Of a stretch of 64,000 nucleotides of DNA, positions 51,501-64,000 are shown one piece after another. The notes below the pieces were generated by a model. That model worked only from the letters and a program-made list of their open reading frames with translations. It ran no database searches and was not told the origin of the DNA. The position numbers and the translations under genes are program-made. Positions within the stretch are counted from its first letter, which is position 1; the number at the start of each line of letters is the position of its first letter. The stretch lies in assembly GCA_965202585.1 (NCBI GenBank), contig OZ241831.1:36828001-36892000 (forward strand), in the 5' to 3' direction. The stretch is from Thalia democratica. Lineage: Eukaryota.

Positions 51501-54500
51501 TTCAAGCTATTTGCCTTAAATTCTTTTTCAGATAAAAATACTCACTAGGTTATAAAAGAAGTTGTCGGGCTCTTCCAAGTTGTTTTTGTGTCCCATTTGA
51601 ATCATGTCCATTCCGAGTTTGTCAGATTCAACCAAACTGCTTAAGTTAAAGCCATTTCCTTTTACAAGTTCTTCAGGTTTTCTCACAACATTTAGATGAT
51701 CGTACACATTTTCGCCATTTGCTTCGTCGCCTTGTAAAAGTAATGGTGTTATATTTTGCAGTTTGAAAATTTTTCTCATATTATATTAGTTGCATATATA
51801 CTTGATTTAGAATAAAATTGCAATAAAGTATAACTCTGACCAAAACATTTTATGTAACTTGAAAATTAAAAGAAGAAAATTTAGTCTGCTTAAAATATAT
51901 TTAAAGCTGGAATTTTTAAACGAAAAAAATAAATAAAAGTTAAAGTCTTTACAACAAAAATATTTGTTTTTATTTATCTTTGCCTATAATTATAAGAGTT
52001 GAAACTCACTTAGTCGGATTACTTATAGGTTATTAAAAACTTTATTAAAAATTCAGAGCTAAATTTAAAAAGAAAAATTACGACAAAGTAAAAAATACTA
52101 GTTATGAGGTGTTTAAATGTTCAAAATGCCAAAAATAATTTGTAAGTAACATTATAAAATGCTGTTTTAAAAATGTAATTACTTGTAACTGAATGACTTT
52201 ACTTGGCATAAATGTTTTCTGTACAGAGTAAAATAAAGTACAAACACATTAAAAAAAATAATTTGAAAAAAATAATAACAAAAAAATATTTGTATTTATA
52301 ATGTTTAAGTAGAATTGAAACAAACTTGATTAAATGTAGTTAACTTAACCACTTAAAGAAATAAATAAAAGCTTACTTCCTGGTGACTTAGAACTGAACA
52401 TACCTGCATCGTCCGCAGCTTCTAACTTTTTGTCACTACTCTCAACTTCAATTGTCGTTGATTTAATGCTGCTTTCGTCTGTATGAAAATCTTAGTTATA
52501 ATTACTTTAAGATTAGGAAGTAAACTTACTTACAATAATTAAAAGCTATCTAACTACAAGTTGTTTAACAAAATGTTAAGTATAAAAAAGTTAAAAGTAG
52601 ATAATTCTGACAACTTTTTAAAAACTTATAAAAATTATAGGTTAATATAAGTTATATTGATTAAAATATAAATTAAAAAATTAATAATATTTTTACTGGC
52701 TTTATAACCAAAACCAAATGTAATTCAAAAGCCTTAAGGGTGACACATTATTTGTTAAAGTCGAAACTTGTAAAATAATAGAATATTGTTAAACAAGGAA
52801 AGAAACCAGTTAAGATTATTCTTAAAAATGTCATGTTCTAGTTATTTTACACTAAAGTAATATTTTTTCTGTGAGACTAAAAATTAAAAAAAAAACACTT
52901 TGTTACCGTGTTAAATGTTTAAAAATAGTAAAAAGAGGCATAAATGTATTCTTTGTAAGAGCTTGTACTGATTTTTAACCACTATTTCATGGTATTTCTG
53001 GGCTTTAAAATTTATACGTTTTTAGATTAGCTACGGAACAATCACTATTATGAAAATAGCTTAAATCACAAATAAACACTTGAAAGGTGGAAGATAAGCA
53101 AATGTAATCTAAATTTGACATTATATAAAAAATAGATACATGGTCAATCAGGTTTAACAAGGGAACCAATTCAAAATGAACACTCATGTATCAAAAAATA
53201 ACTATTGAAAAGTTCAGACAGTTACTCAGTTTAAGTGCAAACAGATTTTCAAACTGTGACTTGTGTTCAAATAGAGTTTATTTTATAAGAATCACAGTTT
53301 GAAATCTATATGCGATGAAAATCAGTATTTGTTTGAATTTTTCTAAAAAAATGTTCCAATTTTATTTAAAATCAAATTTTACAGATATTGCTAAGCTTTT
53401 TTCAATTGTTACTTGAATATTTTTAGAATACCTTCCTTACATTAACGCATTTGCATATGATGCTATATTTAAATGACGTTATAATGCTGTTTAGGTCTTA
53501 TTAAAAATATTATTTAAACAATAAAACAGAAAACAGTTCATTTTTCTTAAATCTATTTTAGTACTTTCGTAGTAAGGCTTATCAGAAATAGTATCTTACT
53601 AAAGTAGAATGAATACAAGTTAAAATAAAATCATACAGTAGTTAAAAATTTAAAAATATAAAATAACGTAGTAATCGAATGTTTAAAATTAACTAAGTGC
53701 TTATGCTATATACATTTGGTATACTAATAAAACTCGTTAGAATTAAAACACTCTAAAATAAACAAGCGTAAAATTAAAAATTAAAACTATACTTTAAAAC
53801 AAAATTTAACAAGAAACTAATTAATTTAAAATTACTTAATTTAAAGATTTAAAAAGTCTAGTTTGATATACGAACTTTTTCTGCTTACATAAACTTGGTC
53901 TCACAGAAAACGTTCGTATACCAAACTAGACTTTTTAAATCATTATATTAAGTAATTTTTAAGTTATTAGCTTCTTGTTAAATTTTATTTTAAAGTGTAG
54001 TTTTAATTTTTTTTTTATCGCTCGTTTATTTTAGATTGTTTTAATTCTAACGAGTTTTATTAGTATACCTAATGTATATAGCATAAGCACTTAGTAATTT
54101 TAAACATTCGATTATTACGTCATTTTACATTTTAAAACTTTTAACTACTGCATGATTTTATTTCAATTTGTATTTATTCTAGCTTAGTAAGATACTATTT
54201 CTGATGAGCCTTACTACGAAAGTACTATAATAAATTTAAGAAAAATGAAATGTATTCTGTTATATTTTTTAAATAAGTTATTCAGCAGAAATAGCAGTAA
54301 AAAATATTAATAAAATTACTATTATAGTTATATATTGCTTTTGTTTTAATTCTAATACTACAAGTGACTTATGATCTGACTTACTTAAAATTTTATATAA
54401 GACTGCGACACATACCTTATAAGCTGTTATGATCTTATTATGAAAACTTCATAATTTTCTCTAAAATATAATAAAGTATGTGTGTAGTAAAAAATCATCG

Positions 54501-57500
54501 TAGAAAACAAAAACTAAATACATTAATTTAAAAAAGAAAATAAAAGAAAATTTTAAACGAAGACAATAATTGTACTTATAAATCATTACAACTATTTTTT
54601 TTCGTAAAGAGTTGGTAAATAAAATTATAAAAAAATAGCTAAAATGTTGGATACAAAGTATTAGTTGTTTAATACTAAGTTTCATTTGACGGGTTGGCAA
54701 CATTTCTAGCTTACGGGATGAAATTGGTTAACAAAAATATTTTAAAGTCCTGAAAAATAAAAAAAAACTTGTAAAGTGTATAGAATCGCTTAAAAACCAA
54801 AAATAAAACGAAGTGTTTATTAGATTAGCACTACCATGTACTAAAAATCAGATTAGGAGCGAATTTAGTAATAATTGCTGAAAAATGCTGATAAAAAACG
54901 TTTTGTATAGAAACTATAAAATTTTTGCCTGGCAAGTCGTAGGTTGTCCACACCAGGTTTAATACATACAAAATATTATGACTACACTTACCTACAAAAG
55001 CGTTGTTGTGCACATCAGTTTCTTCTAAACTCTTTTGATTTCCAGAATGAAGTTCAACTTTAAAAAAGTATACTTTTTTATAATCGCAAAAACATTAAAT
55101 ACATTTGTTTATGGTTAGACAAGTTTTTATTGACTTGATAATGTAAGACTATCATTCATAATTGTAAGATAAACCTTATGGGAACTGTTAATACTATCCA
55201 TACTTAACAAATACTATTACTTGAAGATATTATTTGCTACAATCGTTAAGCTAAAATATATCAACAACAGTTATATCAACATTAACTAAATGTTTATTAA
55301 CTATAACAACATGCTTTATAAAGTAAAAAAATGAAATTAAAAGACGATTGTCTCTCGTAATTCAATCAAATATTGCAAAAGCGATATAGCTTATAAGAAG
55401 TTTTAATAAGCAAGAATTTTAAAGTTGAATTTAGTAGTTTTTAAGTTTTCAATGAACTTTTTAGTAAAGCTTTTCTGTTGAATAAGTACTTTTACCCTGA
55501 AAACTTTGTGCTCAAAATACAAATTTGATATATAAATACTTTAAAAATAAAATCACTTTGAGGGTTAGAGAATAAATTACTAGAGAGCTCAACACTTAAG
55601 GAGCCTATATAAATATAATTAAAACAAAACTGAATATACCAAAGTATTAACAAGTAATAAAAGATTCCTTATGTTTTTGACGAAAATAAAGAATAGCGTG
55701 TTTACATCAAATAGTTTGTCATCAAGGTTGATGAAAATAGTGTTTTGATGATTTAAAAAAGTTTGGCAAGAAAACTAACCCTTTAATAGTTTTTTTAAAC
55801 TCTTAAAAAACTAGTCTAAAATTTAAATTTCCAAGTTTTCTGTTTTAAAAAAAATAAATGTTACATAACTAAAGCATTTAAAAAAGAGTCAGCTTAATAC
55901 TAATTAGATGAAAGCTTATTTATGTAAAGAGGTTAAAAACATATAAGAAAGTTAACTAACAACTTAACAGTTTTTAACAGTTTCAATTAATGTTCACGTG
56001 AGTTTTAAGATAATCCTTATCGCCCCATAACTTTAACGACTTTTAACATACTTAACTTAACATTCTTGTCAAAGTAATTTTTTTAAGTAAGCATTCCTCT
56101 GAGTAAATACGTTTGGGCTGTGATTAGATAACGTTCTTAATAGGAAAACTACGGTACCAGAAATAATTAAGTTTTATAAACGCAAAATTTTTCTATGACT
56201 CTCTAAACGCATTCAATTTTTATCTACAAAAACATCGGCGAAAGTCAGCAGAGCAGAAGCCTGGACTTTTGTATGCCGTGAGACAAGCTCAAGTTTAACA
56301 AAAGGATTCAAACAACCCTTTTGTTAAAATTGAATATGACTTAAACTATTACGTTCAAGTAATACTATAAACTTTAAAATTTTTAACGCTTTGAGTACAA
56401 TAACAACTAGAAGTTAATTACTTTTAAATTTATGCACATAATGCAAATATTGTTTTGTTTGGGAAGGACGTAATAAGGTTTAAAAAACAACCACTAAGTT
56501 ATTTTTTAAAACCTAAATAAGTATTTAAAAGCGATACAAAATGTTGTGAATTATAAACATAATGTATAAAACTAAAAAAACTTATCAAACAAAGGCTATG
56601 TAACAAAAATAATGTTGGTAATCGAATTGCTTATTCTTAAATTAAATTTTTTATGATTATCACTTTGTAATTTAATAAAAAAAGCTTTTTATTCTCATCA
56701 AAATGTTTTGTTTTTTTTAACTTAATTAGCTTTTTGAACAAAATTAAACAATGTTTTGTATACTATGAAACATGGTAAGTTTTTTTTTATAAAAATAATA
56801 GAGGGACAACATATGAAGCGTCATTTTTAAAACATTTTTTTCATAATTATTTATTTTTAAAATTAAATGTACATATAAATTAAAACAAATAAGTTCAAAC
56901 TTACCGTCAACAGAGCTTTTGATAGGACTTATTTGAATATTTGCAACTTCACTGAGATAGTCGTCAATGTTGGGTACATTTGCCTGCAAATCTTTGTACT
57001 TCAATTGTCTTGATGCTTTATTCTCGTGCACTGGGTTCTTACTACACTGTTGACCTTAAAACAAAAAAGACAATAAGTAAAATTATTTATTGTGTCTAAA
57101 TGAATTAAAAATAAAAAAATAAAATGATAATGGATTTTTTAAAAACTTTTTGTGAAACTTTAATAAAAAGTGTTGCACTACTGAAGTTAAGTTAAAATTT
57201 GTAACTCATAGTTGTATTACATAAAATAACACCTTTTTGTTTTCTAACATGCTTAGTAATTAAGCTTTGATGCAAATTAATCTTCAAATCAAAGTTATCT
57301 GTCAAGTTCAAATCTTTTTCTTGAAATACTGACCTTCCTTGATTGTAACGTAATGGAGAATCACAATCACTTGCTAATTTCTCCTTACAACTAATATCTG
57401 TTCAGTTGTATTAAAGTTTTAAGGTTATAAAATAGTTAAAGAAAAAAGATACTGTTTAAAGTTAAAGAAAAAAACTGATTTGTTATCTTTAAACAAACTT

Positions 57501-58036
57501 TTATCTTTGTATGGCGTTAAGTCTGGTCTGTTCTTGGTAAAATGATTTACGCTGAGCTTATTAGAGACTTTATTTTTGACAGGGTTGTCTTTTGCACTTG
57601 CCAGTCTTCTATTTGTACGAAAAGAACCTTTAGCTATCGAAAATTAAACATATGTTCAAGTTCATACATAATATTAAAAATATTAGTTAGACTGCATTTT
57701 AAAGTTTAAAATCACAATTCTGTCGTTAAAAAAAAGTAAAACATTTTAGAACAAAATGAATGCATTATGTGCTTTAACAAAAACTGTAAAAGTATTGTTG
57801 CAGTCTCAACAAATGTATACTTTTAGTATAACCATTCGAAATGTTTCATACCCATCAAGCATTATAAAACCGTACTTAAATATGCATTAGAGACTTTGCC
57901 TTTTTAAATGTTTTTTTTTTGTTTTCAAATTTTATAAGAAACTCACTCAGCCTGCTGACAGTGAATTTCGGGGCAAATAATTCCTCATAATCATTTCTTT
58001 TCCTTTTTTGTCGATTTTTATGTCTTTCAGCATCAC
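48531..58036 (-). CDS. Long hydrophilic, probably disordered protein or receptor tail with multiple tyrosine motifs; 12 exons, 5' part unresolved
   Basis: Phase-consistent exons 58036-57947, 57633-57499, 57397-57233, 57054-56905, 55057-54992, 52478-52377 (or 52404), 51730-51546, 51324-51180, about 50997-50923, 50501-50378, 48880-48789, 48653-48531. Ends ...DSIYENLADQKPKIKKSFIQRLLQMKNIFKRKKYW. The junction between the 51324 exon and the ~50997 exon is the least certain. Confidence 0.7.
53553..53591 (-). ncRNA. Minimal hammerhead ribozyme with mutated core (CUGAUAA)
   Basis: Minus strand: CUAUUU-CUGAUAA-G(CCUUACUA)C-GAAA-GUAC-UA-AAAUAG. Stem I is perfect but the core G8 position is A. Confidence 0.6.
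53559..54227. repeat. Long inverted repeat (arms about 325 bp, 20-nt loop) with hammerhead motifs at both outer ends
   Basis: 53559-53883 is the near reverse complement of 53904-54227; loop cttacataaacttggtctca. Differences are mostly A/G transitions in the stretch I compared. Confidence 0.95.
54195..54233 (+). ncRNA. Minimal hammerhead ribozyme, intact core, imperfect stem I
   Basis: CUAUUU-CUGAUGA-G(CCUUACUA)C-GAAA-GUAC-UA-UAAUAA: palindromic AGUACU stem III, 1-bp stem II, CUA cleavage triplet. Confidence 0.7.
56226..56290 (+). repeat. Partial inverted copy of the 11543-11861 element
   Basis: aacatcggcgaaagtcagcagagcagaagcctggacttt..gccgtgagacaagctc matches the reverse complement of about 11797-11860 with few mismatches. 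Confidence 0.9.
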
Positions 58037-61000
58037 CTAGAAAGTAAACTTAATAAAATTACTGGCTTATTTGATTAAACAGTAATTGCAGTAATAGTAG
58101 TATTATAAAAGAACTATAAATTAAATGATATAAGTTTGGAGTAAACAGCTTGAATTTAAATATAATATAAGTATTCTTAAAAAATATTTTTATGTAATAT
58201 AAACATTTTGGTTTTGTTTATAAAATATTTTGTATACAACTCTTTTTTTATGCCTTAGTTTAGGTTTTAAACTTAGAATAGTAATAGTTTTTAATGTAAC
58301 TTTATAAATCACTACCAAGTTGATATTAATGTTTACTAACTTTTTGAAAATACTTTCGAATCCATATTTAAATATCATACATTTATATAAATGCTTTAAT
58401 ATATATGGTGAATTAATATTATAATCAAGTATAAACTCAATTTAATCTTACTCTATTGGTGTAAAGATTACATTTTTCACAAAAAATTAGCTAAATTTTT
58501 ACAAAATTAAACAGTCAAAAAAAATCACAAAATATTATAAACATTACTTAACATTATAAACATAACTTATTCTTATCAAACTCAAATTGAGATAAACTAC
58601 AGTTTTTAGAGTTAATGAAGATAACTGTTCAGTTTTCTATCAATAACCTTTTCTTTTCAAATGAAAATTAAAAACACAATGAAACTAACTTAAAAAAACA
58701 TTTTTTTTAATTTTTTTCTCAATTACATTTTTTCTATTACTTAATCAGCTTTTGTTTGTGGTATAAACAAGAAGGGTTTTTAAAACAATATTTTTCCCTC
58801 TTATTTAAACAGAAGTGAGACATTTTATTTCCAGACAGTTAATTATTTTTTGTTTACATGTAAATATTTACTGTAACAACATAAAATACAAACTGCTGTT
58901 ACTTCTAATTAACTTTCACTTTTCTAGAAACTATGAAAAAAAAACTCTGTCTACTACCATTAAACATTTTTTTGTGAATGTGATAGCAATACTAAAACTA
59001 TTGATAAGCTAAAAAAGTAGAATGGTATTCTTCTTTTTTGAGGCAGTTAAGACTTGTAATAAAATAAAATAATAATTTAAACCACTTCAAACCATTTAAC
59101 TGATTTAAATAAGCCTCATATCAAATTTCATTACCTTGAGATAACTTAATGTAAAATCATAAGTGATAAACTATTTTATTATGTTATCAAACGACACATA
59201 AAAATTTTATTAAATATAATCTTTACTTTTAATAATTCGTAATGATATTAAAACTAACCAAAACTCAAAAACATTAAAAAGTATTATCGAAACTACTAAA
59301 CACATGAATTAATTTTATTAAAGCTTAAATATATTTTTAAAGCATCTCAAACTAAATTTACAAAACATATTTGCCTTTTTCAAATAATTTTTTTGTAACT
59401 AAAAGTCTAAGTATACAATAAAAAATTAAATAATTTTTTCTGTAACAATTCATAAAAAACCAACATGACAATTATATAATAGTTTAAAAAAATAAATAAA
59501 GCATATCATTTTTTAAATTTGAGCTTTTATAAATAATACAATGTAAAAACCTCAACAATAATGTTTTATTTTTATTCTTTTTTCAAAGAAAAATATCTAT
59601 ACATAATTGTATTAAAACCTTTGGAATTGATTAACAAATTACATTAAAAAAGGCCTTACCATTACGAGGCTATTTGAAGCTCAACTAAGATTAATTAAAA
59701 AAAAAGTAGGTAATTTTGTTTTTACTGTAAAAAAATAAACTTACACTTGGGAAATAATAATTGTTATTTCACCTAAATCAGTACATGCTGACATATACTT
59801 AATATTTGTAAAATAAACTTAATCTAAATCACAACATTGCTGTTTTAATTAGGTATTAAAAATAGATAAACTTAAAATATAAGAAGTTATTAAATTTTAA
59901 GTAACTAAAACATATTCAATGATGCATGATTTAGCCTATTGAAGCTTCATTAATAACAAGTACTACAAAGGGTTTAAAACACAGAGATTTACTTTGAACA
60001 TTTTTATTAAATAAGTTTTGACTTTAAAACTTTTTACCAACTGTTTTTTTTTTGACAACTAGCAACTTGACTTACAAAGGTATTTATAACAACAGCTTTT
60101 TCTGAGTAAAAAAAAACATTAAGTCAATAATATGGTATAAACTGAAATAAAACACAATATGCTGTAACTTTTTAAGGATCTATACTTTCATTTCATTGCT
60201 GATGTTTAAAAATCATATTTTTGTTGAAGTTATACAAGTATCTTTTACTTAATCTAAACAAATTTCTCTCAGTTTCGTCTTTTCAAGCAAATGTGTAATG
60301 ACTATAAATTGGTAATAAACGTTTTAAATCTTTACTAAAACTAATAAGTATACTTAGTAGAACTATTTAAGTCTATTTACACGTTCATAGTAACTGTTTA
60401 CCAGATACTAAAATGCAAAGCTGAAAGGAAATAAAAATACAAAGCTTTAACTTTTAACAAATAACGATAAAGAACAAATTTTTTGAGGTTTCTTCTCTTT
60501 TTGTAACTGTTTTGTACATACAGTGTGTTCAAATGCAAAAACAAAAACTAACTATCAGAGCAATGACTAAAGTTGTATTTTTAACAAATAACTAGTGAAT
60601 AGCAACAATTTGATCCCAATAAAAATAGAAATAATGCCTTGGGCGAGAATAAGATTATTTTTTGACAAGGCAGACATAAAAAGAAGATTTTTACGCAAAT
60701 TTAGGCCCTAGCGAGAGTTTCTAAGTTTTGTTACTAAAAACAGTTATCCGTATTTAAAAAAAAAAGTTAAAAATTCGTTTATTAAAAAATTAATTAAACT
60801 TATTTGTCTATGTAAAATTACCATCGTTTTGTATTTTAGCAAAATACATTTTTATGTTGTTTTGGTTTAATTTAAATAACTTACTATTAAATTAAAAAAG
60901 TACTACACAATTTAAAAGCAAGTTGCCTAAATCTTAAATATTTTGTTAATACTAAGTAACATAGGTTATATAACAGCTTGTAGAAGAAATTTTGATAAGA

Positions 61001-61370
61001 GAAATTAAATCTTAAACTTATAATTTTTTATAAGTTTTAGTTAATAAAATAACATAGCTAAACGAAAGTGAAAGAAAAAAAAATATAACGTTTTAAATAC
61101 GTATAATAACTACAAAAAAAATCTACTCCAAATATATTTTTTCGTTAACAGTTTTAATAAGTATCTATTAATTTGATTTAAACACTAGTTTCGCAGTAAT
61201 GCCGCAATTTTTAAACACAATTTACTCAACCAATTAAGAATATAAATTATATAGAAAACTTCTAGTTAATTTTTTATTTTAAAAAATAATATTTTTTTAA
61301 GGGTATTCGCCAATTATAGTTCAATGAAATTAAAAATAACCTTTTAATTAAGAACAAAACGAATGTTTTC

Positions 61371-61465
61371 TTCTCTAGACACGATGTTAAAAAGCATCCT
61401 TACTGTACGAATTAATTATTAAAACGTTCTTCGTGCACTAAGTTCTAAGACCAAACATTTTGAGC
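61371..61465 (+). repeat. Dispersed ~95-bp repeat family, copy 3 (inverted)
   Basis: ctagacacgatgttaaaaagcatc...cgttcttcgtgcactaagttctaagaccaaacatttt aligns with the reverse complements of 12375-12470 and 16391-16480. Confidence 0.6.
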
Positions 61466-62961
61466 GTTTTTTGTCGTTCAATAAACTAATAATGTTAATT
61501 TAATATCCAGAAAAAAATATTCAAGGAAATCTGCGAAATTTAATCAAGTTATTAAACAGAAATAATAAATTTACAGAATCCCAATATTTATTTTACTGTG
61601 TTGGTCGGTAGTTTCGAATAAGTAAAGGATTCAGATTTGTAAGAAAGTTTCATTCATGGTATTTTGGTTCTTGATTTTTTTTTATTTAAGAGGGAATTTT
61701 TTTTCAACATTCGAATTGTAGGAAAAACTTTACACGTTTGAAGTACATCATACTCAAAATATTTTACATCATTATTATTATCTATTTTGACCTTATAATT
61801 GAAAATTGATAAAACTTTAAAATTTTATAGTGAATTTCGCAAAGTTTTGGTTAGTTAGTATTTTATCACGCGAGTCGCTAAAACAGTTTTAAGTTTTTTT
61901 ATACTAATAATATACATTACATGAAAAATGTTTAAAAAAGAAAGTACTAACTAAATTACGTCATAAACGGCTGTCGAGTATAAAGTATTGTTTTGAAAAA
62001 CTGGGTTAAAGTTTTATCAAAAAATTTAAAATTTTCCAAAAAATGTTTTTATAATATCTCCAAAACATAAAATATTTGCCAGCCCAAAAGTTAAAAGTAG
62101 ATGTAAAAGTAAACACCTTATTACACACTTATTATAAAAAAAAAGATATGCTTAAGTAAACATAATTTGTAATTCAAACTTAATTAGTATAATCTAACAA
62201 AAATTTCAGTAAATGTAAGCCAATACGGTTTACTAAGCCTAGATCACAACTTCTGTTTAAATAATTTACTTTATTCAAACGTTTTAAACATATCTAATGA
62301 TGCGTGATGTATTCTATCTAACTTTAATACCTAACAAGAATCATAAAAGGATTAAAATCTTAAAATAGGTTTTGCTTATGTTATCAAGTTAGCTCAGGAT
62401 TTTTAACTTTTTACTAACAGCAATTCTCTGAGAGCTTGCTATTATTTTAACATAGTATAATTAAATTCAGTTTAATTTAATGAAAAAAATAACTTTAAGA
62501 TAATTGTGAGGTATGCACTTAGATAAATATTTTTCTTTTAATTTGAAGTCATTTATAATTAGCTGCTAACGTTTTAAAAGTGACTTTCTCTTTAAGATTT
62601 AAGAGTAGCATTTTAATTTAAAATTTTTCAACAGCCTTGTAATGTACGAAAATAGTTCAAACTTTAACCCTCGGGTTTTACATTTATCTTATATGTGTAT
62701 TTAAAAAAAAATTATACATTAACACAAATACTAAAGATTTCCTTAAGTTTTATTACTAAAGATTTGCGATAAATAGAAAAGTACTTTCAACTAAAGTTAA
62801 AATAACAGCTGATGGGTTCAATTTGTACTCAACCACTTCAAGTAATAGCACACTTTTTAAGTATTAGAAAGGTGTTAAAAATTTTTTTTTTAGAAAATTT
62901 TATAAACATAAATAAAAAAATTTCGGTGCATCATTTGAACATGTTATTTATTTAAAAATTT

Positions 62962-63759
62962 TATTTTTTCCAAAAATACGATGAATCATTGACTTTCTTT
63001 TTTTGGTCTTCGGGTTTTCCACATCACGATCATAAGAATTTTTCTAAAATAAATTTTTTGTCATTTTCTATTACTGATTATTATTATTTTTTAGGTTGTG
63101 GAAATTAATTAAATTTTAAAAAGTGAAGTTCTTTATTTTTAAAATCATTTAGTTATATATTGTAAATTAAAACAAACTTCTATCTGTTCGTTATCAGTTA
63201 TCTTGCTCCAAGTTTTCTTTTCAAAACATTTTCCATGACCTTCATGCGCATGTGGATTGTATGCTGCTGGCACCTAAAGATTTAAGAGGGATAATTAAGT
63301 AAGTTACAAAAAAAAAGCAGTTGAAGTTTATAAAAATGCCGAAAATCCAATGTGTAGAAAGAATTCTTGGTCATCGTGCTACGAGCTATTAACGGCTTAC
63401 ATACTGTTATAGCTAAAAAAAAATCAAAACTTTAAAATAAAATAAACGTAGAAGAAAAAAACCATACTGAAAAAAACTTATACAAAAACCTTATTTTGGT
63501 AACTTAAGACTTACTTTGAATTTATTCTCTCTCATAACCACTTTCTTTGCAGAATATTCATAAGGACGAAACGTTTTATCAAGATCTTCGAATGATTTAG
63601 ATTTCATTTCGACATCTTTGCACAGATGAGAGTTTTTATCAAAATTGTTGTACAACTGAACATTTCTATCAATATCTTTGTAAAGATGTAATTTCGGTTT
63701 TGTTAATTCAGCTGGGTTTACTTTTTGTTTTCGGAAATCATTCATGTTGAATGTTTTGC
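62962..63759 (-). CDS. Three hydrophilic coding exons; either an upstream part of the 48531-58036 gene or the 3' end of a separate gene
   Basis: Exons 63759-63515, 63273-63178 and 63043-about 62980 join in phase 0 (…RENKFK|VPAAYNPH…NEQIE|KNSYDRD…). The third exon has either a donor at 62979 or reads on to a stop after SSYFWKK; the lower coordinate is approximate. Confidence 0.6.
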
Positions 63760-64000
63760 CTAAAAAAATGCAAACAAAATATTAAATTCCTTCTTTGTTA
63801 TTTAAAGGTAGCATTTAAATGTATTTTTAGTTTAGTAAGTTTAATTAAAAAAAACTAGTGTACTTGTAATTTTCAAAAAAAAAGTTTTTTTAGATAATTT
63901 CTTTAAGATATATTTTATTCAAGTATTTTAAATATATGTTACTAAGTTTCTAGTAGTAACTTGAATATAATTACTTTATACTTCTAAAATTCTTACTAAA

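Noticed and set aside
1-64000. Alternative genetic code, CRISPR array, rRNA or tRNA genes
   Set aside because: Gene models end at TAA, TAG or TGA without internal stops. I saw no regularly spaced repeat-spacer array and no tRNA or rRNA signature by eye.

Overview
Very AT-rich eukaryotic genomic DNA, probably from an invertebrate animal (inferred from the cadherin-like gene, CR1-type LINE remnants and Penelope-type ribozymes; the species cannot be determined). It uses the standard genetic code and GT-AG introns of about 70 bp to 2.5 kb. I assembled gene models by hand from splice signals and checked exon phase. Minus strand: a cadherin-repeat-like protein (truncated by the window start), a SPT3-like histone-fold gene, a hidden 4-exon 80-aa NF-YB/Dr1-like histone-fold gene, a single-exon secreted Asp/His-rich protein, two tandem 4-exon ARF-family GTPases (one canonical, one with altered catalytic and myristoylation residues), and a long multi-exon hydrophilic protein with many YxxL/ITIM-like motifs. 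Plus strand: a 2-exon basic, probably nuclear protein. Non-genic content includes decayed non-LTR reverse transcriptase fragments, several MITE-like elements, a 161-bp tandem duplication and two different minimal hammerhead ribozyme families. One hammerhead sits in a 319-bp insertion flanked by a 16-bp direct repeat; the other sits at both ends of a ~670-bp intronic foldback. I saw no rRNA, tRNA or CRISPR array.
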